Shown here: one piece after another, positions 35,128 through 44,614 of the stretch
Position numbering within the stretch: position 1 is the first letter of the stretch
Layout: each line of letters opens with the position of its first letter
Source of the DNA: a virus
Lineage: Duplodnaviria > Caudoviricetes
DNA: 55,516 bases
Strand: one strand, 5' to 3'
Virus record (IMG/VR): IMGVR_UViG_3300036859_000215
Coordinates: 1 to 55,516 of that record
Position numbers and translations under genes: made by a program
The notes under the pieces: model-generated
What the model saw: the letters and a program-made list of their open reading frames with translations, nothing else
Database searches by the model: none
Told to the model about the DNA's origin: nothing

Positions 35128-36789
35128 TTGGCAACCATAGCGGCCGATGTCAAAGCGCGGCTTGGCACGCTCTGTCGGCGACGCGATCCTTGGCTACAGA
35201 CTTGGCAAGAGCTGGCAGAAGTCTTTCTGCCCAGTCGAGCCCAATTCAACACGCGTCGGCTAGAGGGTGAACGCGCCAACGAGGCGATCTATGACGGCAC
35301 GCCACGACTGGCCGCGCGCGATCTATCGGCTGCCATTGATGGGCTCATCAAGCCCAAGACCTCCAACTGGTTCGAGCCTTGGCTGCTTGACGAAGAGCTG
35401 GCTGAGAACGAGCAGGTCAAGGAGTGGCTGGAGATCGTCGCCGAGAAGATGTGGCAGGGGATCTACCATAAGGACGCCCGCTTCATTCAACGCTCGAGCG
35501 AAGTAGACGATGCTTTGGTGGTGTTCGGTTGGGGAACGTTGTGGATCACCGAGAACCGCGCGCGCAACGGGCTATTGTTCCGCTCCTTCCACAACAAGGA
35601 CGTGTCGTTCGATGAGGATGGCGATGGGGTGATCGACACTGTTGCGCTCGAGGAGGATTTGACCGCGCGTCAGGCGGTCTATCGTTTCGGCGAGACTAAG
35701 CTGCACAAGGACATTGTTGAAGCGGCCAACAAAGACAACAAGGCTACCGAAGCCAAGACCTATAAGTTTGTCCAGATGGTATTGCCGAACTATGACGCCC
35801 TGGCTGGCCGCATCGGCACGCAGGGTATGGCCTACACCTCGGCGATGCTCGATGTGGAGCATGAGGAGATTCTCAGCAAGGGCGGTTACCGAGAGTTTCC
35901 CGCTTCGATACCCAGATGGGAGACCGAGCCGGGGCAGGTCTATCCGCGCTCGCCGGCGATGATTGCATTGCCCGATGCGCTGACCTTGCAGGCCATCTCC
36001 AAGACCCTGTTGATTGGCGGGGAGCGGGCGGCCGATCCGCCTTTAATGGTGCCGTCCGATGCGTTTATCTCGCCGGTGCGAACCTTCCCTGGCGGGCTGA
36101 GCGTGTTTGATACGCAAGCGCTAGTCGATGGCAATTTGAGCTCCCCGGTGTTTCCGCTGCCGACCTCATCGGCCTTGCCGGTCGGGCGCGACATGCAGTC
36201 CGATTACCGCTTCCAGGTGCAACAGGCGTTCTTCAAGCATGTGCTCACCTTGCCGCAAGAGGGCGTCAAGACCGCCACCGAAGTCTTGGAACGCAAGGAA
36301 GAATTTATCCGCCAATTGGGACCGATCTTCGGCCGGCTGGAGACCGACTATATCGGGGCGGTCTGCGATCGCGTGTTTGCCATCATGGAGCGAGCCGGTG
36401 CCTTTCCGCCACGACCGCCGCAGATCGAGCGCGAGAAGATCATCTTCCGCTTTCAGTCGCCATTACAGCAAGCAAGAAAGTCGCTGGATGTGGCCGGGCT
36501 CAATCGCACCATGGAGGTAACTGCCCCGCTGGCAGCATTACAGCCGTGGATTTACGACAATATCGATGGCGACAAGATTATGCGCGATTCGCCCGGCTGG
36601 TCTGGTATCCCGCAAGACTGGCTGAAGAGCGAGGACGAGGTGCAAGAGAAGCGCGTCAACGACGCCGAGCAGCAAGAGAACCTTGCTCTAATCGAGGGCG
36701 CCAAGCCGGTGGCCGATGCACTCAAGTCCACGGCGCAGGCCCGACAAATCTCGGCAGAAGGAACGCCTGAATTTGCCCCGCCGATCTAA
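35128..36789 (+). CDS. Portal (head-to-tail connector), T7/BPP-1 type
   Basis: WQELAEVFLP...YDGT...FGWG...PRW...YPRSP...TATEVLER.EE...LGP. Confidence 0.93.
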   Translation: MATIAADVKARLGTLCRRRDPWLQTWQELAEVFLPSRAQFNTRRLEGERANEAIYDGTPRLAARDLSAAIDGLIKPKTSNWFEPWLLDEELAENEQVKEWLEIVAEKMWQGIYHKDARFIQRSSEVDDALVVFGWGTLWITENRARNGLLFRSFHNKDVSFDEDGDGVIDTVALEEDLTARQAVYRFGETKLHKDIVEAANKDNKATEAKTYKFVQMVLPNYDALAGRIGTQGMAYTSAMLDVEHEEILSKGGYREFPASIPRWETEPGQVYPRSPAMIALPDALTLQAISKTLLIGGERAADPPLMVPSDAFISPVRTFPGGLSVFDTQALVDGNLSSPVFPLPTSSALPVGRDMQSDYRFQVQQAFFKHVLTLPQEGVKTATEVLERKEEFIRQLGPIFGRLETDYIGAVCDRVFAIMERAGAFPPRPPQIEREKIIFRFQSPLQQARKSLDVAGLNRTMEVTAPLAALQPWIYDNIDGDKIMRDSPGWSGIPQDWLKSEDEVQEKRVNDAEQQENLALIEGAKPVADALKSTAQARQISAEGTPEFAPPI

Positions 36790-37084
36790 ACCAAAGGACA
36801 TTCCGCGTCCTGCCGATTTGGCCGCCTGGAAGACCGAGATCGACCGCGCGCGGGATTTCATTGCGGTTTTCAACGGGGAATCTTCTAGGGAGCAGGGACA
36901 GCGGGTGTTTATGCAAATTGAGATGTGGTGTTCCCCCGCCCCTGTCCGCGATCATGCCGATAAGCCAGGCTTGCTTGCCTTCAAGGAAGGACGGCGGTCC
37001 ATCCTCAGAGAGATATTGGAGGCGAGCAACATGACCCGCCCGCGTACTCCCAAGATCGAAAGGACGCCGAACGATGCCACCTGA
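36716..37084 (+). CDS. Bbp19-like protein
   Basis: AVF...GQRV...LAFKEGRRSI between portal and scaffold; true start probably downstream. Confidence 0.65.
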   Translation: MHSSPRRRPDKSRQKERLNLPRRSKPKDIPRPADLAAWKTEIDRARDFIAVFNGESSREQGQRVFMQIEMWCSPAPVRDHADKPGLLAFKEGRRSILREILEASNMTRPRTPKIERTPNDAT

Positions 37085-37964
37085 TGAGACTACAGAGACA
37101 ACGGAAGCAACCCAATCTACGGAGACAACCGAGACTACGCAGACATTACCTGACGAGCGTGCTGGCAATACCCCAGCCCAGGATTGGCGCGACGCGCTCG
37201 GCGTAACCGACAAAAAGCTCCGCGACTCCCTGGGGAAGTTCACCTCTGGCAATGCCTTCGTGGAGTCGCACAATCACCTAGCCGGCCGGTTGAAGAGCGC
37301 CATCTTCATACCCAACGAGAAATCGCCGGAGGAGGAAGTCGTGAAGTTCCGCAAGGCACTTGGCGTGCCCGACAAGTCGGATGGCTATCTCGCAGCGATA
37401 CAGTCTCCCGAAGGGCAGCAATATGACGAGAGCGACCTCGCGGTGATCGAGGAGTTTGCCGAAATCGCGCTACAGCACAATGTCCCGGCGGGAGCCTTCG
37501 GTGCCTTTATGCAGAAACTGACCGAACGGGCTGGCGGCCTGCGCGAGAGCGTGGTCGAAGAGATCGAATCTGCCCGTGATGCCGCCGAGGATGAACTGGC
37601 CAAGGAATGGGGCAACGACTTCGACAAGAACGTGCAACTAGCTACCCGTGCTGCCAAAGCGCATGGCGGGGATCGCTTCGTCAAGTTCCTCAACGGCACC
37701 AAGGTCGAGGGCTTCGGCCTGCTCGGCGACCATCCTGAGGTGGTGCGCTTTTTGGCAAACATTGGGTCGAAATCCGACGAGCATGATATGGTGCTGCAAT
37801 CGACATCAACCGAGCGCGCTTCGGTACAGCAACGCATCGACGAGATTTACGAGAAGTATCCAGTCGATTCCACAGGCTACAAATCGAAGCGAGTGCAGGA
37901 GGAACTGGCGGGGCTATTTGCCAAACTGCACGGAGACAAGCCGGTCGTCGGCGCAACACGATAG
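37074..37964 (+). CDS. Capsid scaffolding protein
   Basis: Acidic; ALGVPDK..GY; LAKEWG.DFD.N; HPEVVRFL..IG. Confidence 0.8.
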   Translation: MPPDETTETTEATQSTETTETTQTLPDERAGNTPAQDWRDALGVTDKKLRDSLGKFTSGNAFVESHNHLAGRLKSAIFIPNEKSPEEEVVKFRKALGVPDKSDGYLAAIQSPEGQQYDESDLAVIEEFAEIALQHNVPAGAFGAFMQKLTERAGGLRESVVEEIESARDAAEDELAKEWGNDFDKNVQLATRAAKAHGGDRFVKFLNGTKVEGFGLLGDHPEVVRFLANIGSKSDEHDMVLQSTSTERASVQQRIDEIYEKYPVDSTGYKSKRVQEELAGLFAKLHGDKPVVGATR

Positions 37965-38225
37965 GGGGCAATCATGGCAACCACTGAGACACCAAATCCA
38001 GCACCGGGCGGCAAGTCCGCCAAGACCGTAGTTGAGGAAAAGAACCCAGGGCAGAACACAGGCTCTGTGGTCACCGATTCGAACAAATGAACGCCACGGC
38101 CATTCTTTTCATCATCGGCGGCATCTGCGGCCTCGTCGTGGACGCCCGTATTGGCTGGCTGTGCATTTTGCTGGCCGGTCTCCTGATGGTGCTTTAACCG
38201 GCAGAGAAAAATTTTCTTTTCGTGA

Positions 38226-38263
38226 GAAATTTTCTTGGTGCCTTCGCGCGCTGTCATTAGCGT
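38226..38263 (+). promoter_or_regulatory. Putative late promoter motif copy upstream of the capsid gene
   Basis: GAAATTTTCTT, then TAGCGT 32 nt after the core G. Confidence 0.5.
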
Positions 38264-38432
38264 GAAGGTGCTGGCTACCGCTCACCGCGCCCCGGCACAA
38301 GCAAGGGCCAAACGCAAAGCCCCTCTTTTTCGGATCATCGGCGCCCTCTCTTAGAGCCACCGCCGGCCGAGCTAGAGGCCACCTGAAGCGGGCGGACGCA
38401 CTCTCAACAATCGCATCAACGGAGGCTGATCG

Positions 38433-39329
38433 ATGTCCACATCGATTACCACGGCCTTTGTTGCGCAATATGAGAGGGAAGTCCACCACCAGTTCCAGCG
38501 TTACGGTGGCGTTCTCCGCTCGGCAGTGCGCACCAAGACCGACGTTGTTGGCTCAACCACTACGTTCCAGAAGATTGGAACAGGTTCAGCCAGCACCAAG
38601 GCACGCCATGGGGTGATTACCCCGATGAACGTGTCGCATACAGCTCCGGCTGCGACCCTCGCCGATTTCTATGCCGGTGATTGGGTCGATCGGCTGGACG
38701 AGGCCAAGATCAATCACGACGAGCGCATGGCTCTGGCGCAGGCTGGTGCCTGGGCTTTGGGCCGCAAGGTCGATGAGCAAATCTTGACCGCCATGGACGG
38801 CACCACCCAGACCACGGTCTCGGTGTCGCTGACCGGCACCTCGCAGTTCTTGTCATCCATGCTTGAGTGGAGCCGCGCGCTTGACCGCAATGACGTGCCC
38901 AATGACGGCAATCGTTATGCGGCGGTGTCGCCCTTCGCTTGGTCATGCTTGAGCAAGATCACGGCGTTTGCGTCGGCCGATTATGTCGGCGCCGATGGCC
39001 TGCCGCTGAAGGAGGGCGCTCCCCTTCTGAAGTGGAAGGACTGGAACGGCATCAAGTGGACCGTGCATAACGGCCTTACGGGTGTCGGCACGGCCACAAG
39101 CGAGATGTTCATGTGGCATAGGAACGCTGTCGGCTACGCCACGGGCGCTCACCCGCGCAACGCTGGCGAGCAGTCCAACGCCATCATGGCCGATATCACC
39201 TGGCACGGCGACAGAGCCGCGCATTTCATCAACCACTGGATGAGCGGTGGGGCTGTCCTGATCGACGATACTGGCGTCATTGAGGCCAATATCGACGACG
39301 GCGGCACCGTGCCGATCTCGTCCAGCTAA
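38433..39329 (+). CDS. Major capsid protein
   Basis: MSTSITTAFVAQY...FQKIG...ALGRKVDEQIL...SADYV...GAVLID; GGAGG RBS. Confidence 0.92.
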   Translation: MSTSITTAFVAQYEREVHHQFQRYGGVLRSAVRTKTDVVGSTTTFQKIGTGSASTKARHGVITPMNVSHTAPAATLADFYAGDWVDRLDEAKINHDERMALAQAGAWALGRKVDEQILTAMDGTTQTTVSVSLTGTSQFLSSMLEWSRALDRNDVPNDGNRYAAVSPFAWSCLSKITAFASADYVGADGLPLKEGAPLLKWKDWNGIKWTVHNGLTGVGTATSEMFMWHRNAVGYATGAHPRNAGEQSNAIMADITWHGDRAAHFINHWMSGGAVLIDDTGVIEANIDDGGTVPISSS

Positions 39330-39347
39330 TAGGGGGAGGGCAAAACA

Positions 39348-40007
39348 ATGGCTTTCGGAGCAACAAACCTCCACCTCAACCCGGTGGCACCTGGTTCGAA
39401 TTGCTATCTGTATCGAACTAGCGACACGATGGCGACTGTGCTCGACATCAATGGGGACGGTTATTTTGACTACGGCCCCAACACGGCACCGCGCCTTGTT
39501 GCGGACGATCTGATCTACTGCGTTTGCGGCGATGGCAATATGTGGCTGAAGGTCGATTCCGCCTCTGACAGCACTGGCATCGTCACTGTGCGGTTCGCGG
39601 GTGGCAATTTGCCGATCCGCACTTGGGCCACGGGTACGGCCGCAGGCGATTTCGGGATGAGTCCTGGCTATTACGAGGTCGGCACCTCGATTGCCTCTGG
39701 CACCCGAGGCGTTCTGCCGGTTCCGTATCCTGGGGCCGAAGTCAAGGTGTTCAAGGTGGACTCCGGCACGCAGTCGTTCAACTTCGATGCTGGCGCTTCT
39801 GCCTCAAACATCTCTTGGGTTGACGGTACAGCAAGCGGCGGCACTGGCGTCACTTTTGACGGCTCCAACCGGCGCATTCTTCTGCGGGCGGAAGGCGATG
39901 GGTTCCACGTTGTGGGCACGACGACCTCCCGCTGGCGGCTGCAGTCCTTGGAATTTGCGGCTTCGGCCGTGTCCGAGGCTGGTTCTGTGGTCATGCCCGG
40001 TACTTAG
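39348..40007 (+). CDS. Putative capsid decoration/minor head protein
   Basis: Follows the MCP with a strong RBS; YRTSDTMATV...GYF...DLI; Ser/Thr/Gly-rich. Confidence 0.6.
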   Translation: MAFGATNLHLNPVAPGSNCYLYRTSDTMATVLDINGDGYFDYGPNTAPRLVADDLIYCVCGDGNMWLKVDSASDSTGIVTVRFAGGNLPIRTWATGTAAGDFGMSPGYYEVGTSIASGTRGVLPVPYPGAEVKVFKVDSGTQSFNFDAGASASNISWVDGTASGGTGVTFDGSNRRILLRAEGDGFHVVGTTTSRWRLQSLEFAASAVSEAGSVVMPGT

Positions 40008-40050
40008 GAATGGGGGGAGCCAAGCCCGAGGGCATTGGCTTTCGCAGGGG

Positions 40051-40088
40051 AGAGACCGGAGGGGAGCAATTCTCTCCGGTCTCTTTTT
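40051..40088 (+). terminator. Rho-independent terminator after the head genes
   Basis: AGAGACCGGAGGGGA-GCAA-TTCTCTCCGGTCTCT followed by a T run. Confidence 0.85.
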
Positions 40089-40092
40089 GTGC

Positions 40093-40134
40093 GGGGAAAT
40101 TCCTGCTCGGATTTTGGCTGACCTGCGCTATCCA
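40093..40134 (+). promoter_or_regulatory. Putative late promoter motif copy upstream of the sugar cassette
   Basis: GGGGAAATTCCTG, then TATCCA 33 nt after the core G; directly after the terminator. Confidence 0.5.
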
Positions 40135-40160
40135 AAGTCACCCTTGCGATTGGAGTCCCT

Positions 40161-41069
40161 ATGCCACGTCATGTTTGCTTGGTGGGAACGGCTGGTTCCC
40201 GTGCCGGTGCCCCCGTTCAAGATCCCAATGTCGAAATTTGGGGGGTATCGAGCCGAGGCAAGCTGCCACGAGCCGACCGCTGGTTTGAGCTTCACCCGAT
40301 AGACGTGACTTTTGAGAAGCCAGGCGAAGCCAACGGCTGGCGGGCTGAACTCAAGAAATTCACCACCGACATCGCGGAACTCTGGATGCTGTTTCCAGAG
40401 TACGGCCTACATCGCAACGTGATTGCATACCCAATCGAGAAGATTAAGACCCGCTTCGGCACCGAGCATATGGCCTCTACATTCTCTTGGATGATGGCCA
40501 TTGCCATCGATGAGATGTGCCCCATCGATCCTGACGGAACGCGACACTTTGCTGAGCCGGGAAGTATCATCTCTATCTACGGCGTCGATATGCTGCATGG
40601 CAGCGAATACGAGGAGCAGCGCAAGGGATTTCAAGCCATGATAACCGTTGCCAAGCAACTCGGCATTGACGTGCGCCGGGTGCTTTCTGGCGGCCTCATC
40701 TATGAGCCGGTTCCCTATCCCCTTTGGCAACTGGACCCCCTCATCGCCAAGCTTGATTTGCGCATCAAGGAATCGAGTGCTGCCCTCACTACTTTGGACC
40801 AATCCATCATCGCTACGCGGGAGATGATTTGCTCCACACAAGGCCAGCTTTCCGAGGTGCAGTTGATGATAGCGGGGGATGGGGTGGCCGAGATGCTCAA
40901 GGACGAGGATGGTCCGTCCAAGCCGTATGACCCGCAGGAGCGGGTCAAATTCCTCAATCAGCAGCTAGACCACCTCAAGAAGACCTCGGCGCAAATCTCA
41001 GCCGATATTGTCGGGCACAGCGCCGTCAATGGCGAGCAGCGCTACATGCGCAGCTACTTAATGGGGTAG
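40161..41069 (+). CDS. Candidate nonulosonic acid transferase (Maf/CstII-like fold) with C-terminal coiled coil
   Basis: VCLVGTAGS...EIWGVS...STFSWMMAIAI...ISIYGVDM...EY resembles the sialyltransferase/Maf G.GPS...S....A...G...I.L.G.D layout; first gene of the cassette. Confidence 0.5.
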   Translation: MPRHVCLVGTAGSRAGAPVQDPNVEIWGVSSRGKLPRADRWFELHPIDVTFEKPGEANGWRAELKKFTTDIAELWMLFPEYGLHRNVIAYPIEKIKTRFGTEHMASTFSWMMAIAIDEMCPIDPDGTRHFAEPGSIISIYGVDMLHGSEYEEQRKGFQAMITVAKQLGIDVRRVLSGGLIYEPVPYPLWQLDPLIAKLDLRIKESSAALTTLDQSIIATREMICSTQGQLSEVQLMIAGDGVAEMLKDEDGPSKPYDPQERVKFLNQQLDHLKKTSAQISADIVGHSAVNGEQRYMRSYLMG

Positions 41070-41076
41070 GCCAGCC

Positions 41077-41601
41077 ATGAAGCAGACAGGGATCAGGTCA
41101 CTTGCTAACGAAGCCTTGCTGACACAGGCGAGGCTTAGGGAGCTTCTGACTTATTTCCCGGACTTAGGGAAATGGAAGTGGAATGTTAGGCGGAATGGTG
41201 TTCGTAACGAATGGGCGGGCACCCCCGATGGATCCGGCTACATACAAATCCGCATTGCTGGGATTAAGTACCGCGCTTGCCGATTGGCCTTTCTTTTTAT
41301 GCGCGGGACATGGCCACCTCAATTAGTTGACCACATAAACAGAAATGTGGGAGACGACAGGTGGGAGAATCTCCGTCTTGCTTCCCGCAGCCAAAATGGC
41401 GCTAATGCCTGTCATCCCAAGCGAAAGCGGTTTGATCTTCCTCAGGGCGTAACCGAGCATCCTGGCGGCTACCTCGCAAAAATTTCAATCGACGGCTACC
41501 GCAAACACGTTGGTCTGTTCAAGACGCCAGAAGAAGCGCAGGCCGCATACCTTAATGCCTCTGCCTTTCGCGCCGAATTTTTGCCGGAGGGCACGGCATG
41601 A
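41077..41601 (+). CDS. HNH homing endonuclease with AP2-like C-terminus
   Basis: VDHINRN..DDRWENLRLA...N; GV...A.I...G.F.TPEEA..AY. Confidence 0.88.
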   Translation: MKQTGIRSLANEALLTQARLRELLTYFPDLGKWKWNVRRNGVRNEWAGTPDGSGYIQIRIAGIKYRACRLAFLFMRGTWPPQLVDHINRNVGDDRWENLRLASRSQNGANACHPKRKRFDLPQGVTEHPGGYLAKISIDGYRKHVGLFKTPEEAQAAYLNASAFRAEFLPEGTA

Positions 41602-42683
41602 CAGAGGTTTTCCGGTGTCGGACCTGTCTCTACACAAACAAAAAGCCCGACCTTCACTTTGACTCCGAAGGCATCTGCTCGGCCTGCCGCAACTATGCTA
41701 ACCGGCCGGAGATTGACTGGGACACGCGCAAGAAAGAACTCGTCAATATCCTGTCGGACTCGAAGCCGAACGGCTCCGGCTATGACTGCATCGTGCCCTC
41801 GTCAGGCGGGAAAGACTCCCACTACCAGGCTCTTACGCTCATTGAACTGGGAGCACGCCCGCTCATCGTTACCGCCACCACGGACTTCTTAACTCCACTA
41901 GGGCGGGCGAATATCGACAACCTTTCCCGCTACGCCACCACGATAGAGGTGACGCCGAATCGGAGTGTTCGCGCCAAACTATGTCGGCTCGGGCTGGAAC
42001 TGGTCGGTGACCCGTGCTGGCCGGAGCACGTCCTAATCCACAGAGTTCCGTTTCGTGTGGCCCGCGATCTTGGCATCTCCCTGATCTTCTACGGTGAGTG
42101 TGGTCCAGTCCAATATGGCGGCCCGAAGGGCACCGAGAATACGAGACAAATGACGCAGAGATTTGTGTCCGAGTTTGGCGGCTTCCTCGGGTTGCGTGCA
42201 GAGGATTTCATTGGCCAGGAGGGTATCACCGAGCAGGATATGCGCGACTATGTAGCTCCGGACAGTGCCGAGTTAGTCAGCGCCAATATAGCCGCGCATT
42301 TTCTTGGCTGGTACCAGCCTTGGGATTCACATCGCAATGCGGCGGTCGCCAAGGCGCACGGGATGCGGCAAGAGCTTCCGTCTCCCGCGAATTATTGGTG
42401 CCACGAAAACCTCGATAACATTTTCACATCGGCCCATGATTTTTTGATGTGGAGAAAATACCACTACGGCCGCGCCACGGCGCAGCTCTCCGTTGACATT
42501 CGTGCCGGGCTTATCACCCGCGAAGAAGCTCTGCCGATCGCCGAGCAGCGTGATGGCATCATGCCTGACATGTATGCGGGCGGCGATGTTTGGGAGGCTA
42601 TGGAAATGATTGGCGTGAGCAAAGCACGATTTTTTGAAATTGCTGACCAGTTCACCAATTGGAGCCTGCACACTCGATGCTGA
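41598..42683 (+). CDS. N-acetyl sugar amidotransferase (PseA/WbuX family, PP-loop)
   Basis: CRTC...CSAC; YDCIVPSSGGKDS; IFYGE; KYHYGRAT...DIRAG.ITREEA. Confidence 0.9.
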   Translation: MTEVFRCRTCLYTNKKPDLHFDSEGICSACRNYANRPEIDWDTRKKELVNILSDSKPNGSGYDCIVPSSGGKDSHYQALTLIELGARPLIVTATTDFLTPLGRANIDNLSRYATTIEVTPNRSVRAKLCRLGLELVGDPCWPEHVLIHRVPFRVARDLGISLIFYGECGPVQYGGPKGTENTRQMTQRFVSEFGGFLGLRAEDFIGQEGITEQDMRDYVAPDSAELVSANIAAHFLGWYQPWDSHRNAAVAKAHGMRQELPSPANYWCHENLDNIFTSAHDFLMWRKYHYGRATAQLSVDIRAGLITREEALPIAEQRDGIMPDMYAGGDVWEAMEMIGVSKARFFEIADQFTNWSLHTRC

Positions 42684-43375
42684 AAACCCGCATAATCCCG
42701 ACGCTACTGACTCGCGGGCGCGAACTCGTCAAGGGCGAGCGCTTCGATAGTTGGCGCCGGGTCGGCAATGCCATGCAGGCCTGCCGCGTGCACAACATGC
42801 GCGGGGTGGATGAACTTGTCTTGTTGGAAGTCGGCGGCGGGATGATTGACACCGAAACAGTAAGCGCGCTGGCTGGCGAATGCTTCATGCCGCTGGCTGT
42901 GGGCGGTGGTGTCAGAACCCTGGAGGATTTTCACTGGCTGATCGGAGCCGGGGCCGACAAGGTGGTGCTGGGCAGCGTGGCTTGGCAGAACACCAAGTTG
43001 GTGGCGGACGCTTCCAAGAAATTCGGCGCGCAAGCCGTAGTGATCTCCATCGCCGTGCGCCAGGGGGACGACGCGGTGGGCTGGGCCATCGACATGCAGA
43101 CGCTCGGTGCCGGCGAAATCCTCCTGCAATCGATTGACCGCGACGGGACTATGGAAGGCTATGACCTTCCACTTATCAAGGCTGTTTCGGAAGCAGTAAG
43201 CATCCCAGTCATCGCTTCTGGCGGATGCCGTGACTATGCCAACATGGCCGATGCTCTAATAGCCGGAGCGCACGCGGTAGCCGCCGGAGCACTCTTTCAG
43301 TTCAGTGATGCGACTCCGCAAGGCGCTGCCCGCTATCTCCATGAACATGGGTTCAACACGAGGCTTGCGGCATGA
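42677..43375 (+). CDS. HisF-like cyclase subunit (WbuZ type)
   Basis: MLKTRIIPTLL...VDEL...PLAVGGG...GADKV...GAGEILLQSIDRDGTMEGYD...PVIASGG. Confidence 0.92.
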   Translation: MLKTRIIPTLLTRGRELVKGERFDSWRRVGNAMQACRVHNMRGVDELVLLEVGGGMIDTETVSALAGECFMPLAVGGGVRTLEDFHWLIGAGADKVVLGSVAWQNTKLVADASKKFGAQAVVISIAVRQGDDAVGWAIDMQTLGAGEILLQSIDRDGTMEGYDLPLIKAVSEAVSIPVIASGGCRDYANMADALIAGAHAVAAGALFQFSDATPQGAARYLHEHGFNTRLAA

Positions 43376-44217
43376 GCGCCATTCTCGTGACGGGCGGTTC
43401 GGGAACTTTCGGGACAGCTTTCGTCAAGCGTCTGCTTAAGGGCTCGGACTATAGCCGTATCGTTATCCTCTCGCGTGGGGAGCACAGACAGGCCGCTATG
43501 CGGGCGGAAGTCCGCGACCCAGAGGGAAGGGTGCGTTGGCTCATTGGGGACGTGAGGGACTTTAGGCGGCTGTGCAGGGCCTTCTCCGGCATTGACGTGG
43601 TGGTTCACGCTGCGGCGCTCAAGCGCATCGAAGTCTGCGAGTATGACCCCATCGAGGTCGTGCGAACGAATGTGTTGGGCGCGGTGAATGTCATCGAAGC
43701 CGCCCTCGAGAAGGGCGTCGGGAAAGTCGTGGCGCTCTCGACCGACAAATGCGTGGATCCGATCAATGCCTACGGCGCCAGCAAACTTCTCGCCGAAAAA
43801 CTGTTCATAGCTGCGAACAACATGCGCGGAGCCTGTGGCACGGTCTTCGCGCTTGCGCGATATGGGAACATCGCCGGCTCGCAAGGTTCTGTGATTCCTA
43901 AATGGCGTGAGCTTTTGGAGCACACCGACACGGTGCCCGTGACCGACCCTGATGCCACAAGATTCTGGATGACAGCCGAGGAGGCTGTGCAGCTCGTGCT
44001 TGACACGATTGAGACTATGGAGGGCGGTGAGGTCAATATCCCGACGTTGCCAGCCTATCGGCTTGGTGACTTAGCAGAAGCCATGGGAGCGAGAATGGAT
44101 GTTCGTGGCCTGCCATTTTTCGAGAAACAACACGAGTTGATGGATCGCGGAAATAGTAGCGATGCCGCGCGGCGTATGACCGTGAACGAATTGCGGGAAA
44201 GGCTGGCCGCGCTATGA
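43372..44217 (+). CDS. pseB: UDP-GlcNAc 4,6-dehydratase (inverting), PseB-like
   Basis: TGGSGTFG; GDVRD; HAAALK; TN..G; LSTDK...P.NAYGASK; RYGN..GS.GSVIP; TRFW. Confidence 0.9.
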   Translation: MSAILVTGGSGTFGTAFVKRLLKGSDYSRIVILSRGEHRQAAMRAEVRDPEGRVRWLIGDVRDFRRLCRAFSGIDVVVHAAALKRIEVCEYDPIEVVRTNVLGAVNVIEAALEKGVGKVVALSTDKCVDPINAYGASKLLAEKLFIAANNMRGACGTVFALARYGNIAGSQGSVIPKWRELLEHTDTVPVTDPDATRFWMTAEEAVQLVLDTIETMEGGEVNIPTLPAYRLGDLAEAMGARMDVRGLPFFEKQHELMDRGNSSDAARRMTVNELRERLAAL

Positions 44218-44438
44218 AGCGTGTCGAGATCAGCGACCACGCCATGTTGCGCTATTTGGAGCGCACCGGTCGCATCGACATGGAAGCGCTGAAGAAGGAA
44301 ATCCTCACGCCGGATTTGGTTTCTGCTGTCAAGCTTGGCGCCAATTCCTTCAAAGTCAATGGTCATACCTGGTTGATGGAGAACGGACGCGTGGTGACGT
44401 TTCTGGACAATACCAAGCGGGGCTATCGGCCGAGATGA
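44214..44438 (+). CDS. Small hypothetical protein
   Basis: ISDHAMLRYLER...VVT; ATGA coupling. Confidence 0.6.
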   Translation: MKRVEISDHAMLRYLERTGRIDMEALKKEILTPDLVSAVKLGANSFKVNGHTWLMENGRVVTFLDNTKRGYRPR

Positions 44439-44614
44439 GCGACAAGCGCAAGCCGAAAGGATGGCTCGACGACGAGCGTCTGCTAGTGCCTGACCTCCAT
44501 GTGTATGAACCAGAGGAGCCACGAGAGACGGGACTGCTTGACCACTCTGGGCGGAAACTCGTTCGAGAGACGAGACGCATTGGTTTCCTGCCGTCGAGAC
44601 CGCGAAGCCGATGA
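44435..44614 (+). CDS. 59-aa hypothetical protein (absent from the ORF track)
   Basis: MSDKRKPKGW...RETGLLDHSGR...RIGF; ATGA overlaps at both ends. Confidence 0.55.
   Translation: MSDKRKPKGWLDDERLLVPDLHVYEPEEPRETGLLDHSGRKLVRETRRIGFLPSRPRSR

Noticed and set aside
40010-40288. 92-aa ORF between the decoration gene and the transferase candidate
   Set aside because: It runs through the terminator hairpin and promoter motif and overlaps the 40161 gene
42677-43375. Histidine biosynthesis auxiliary metabolic gene
   Set aside because: It is coupled to a WbuX/PseA-type amidotransferase and no other his genes are present, matching the sugar-modification HisF paralogue
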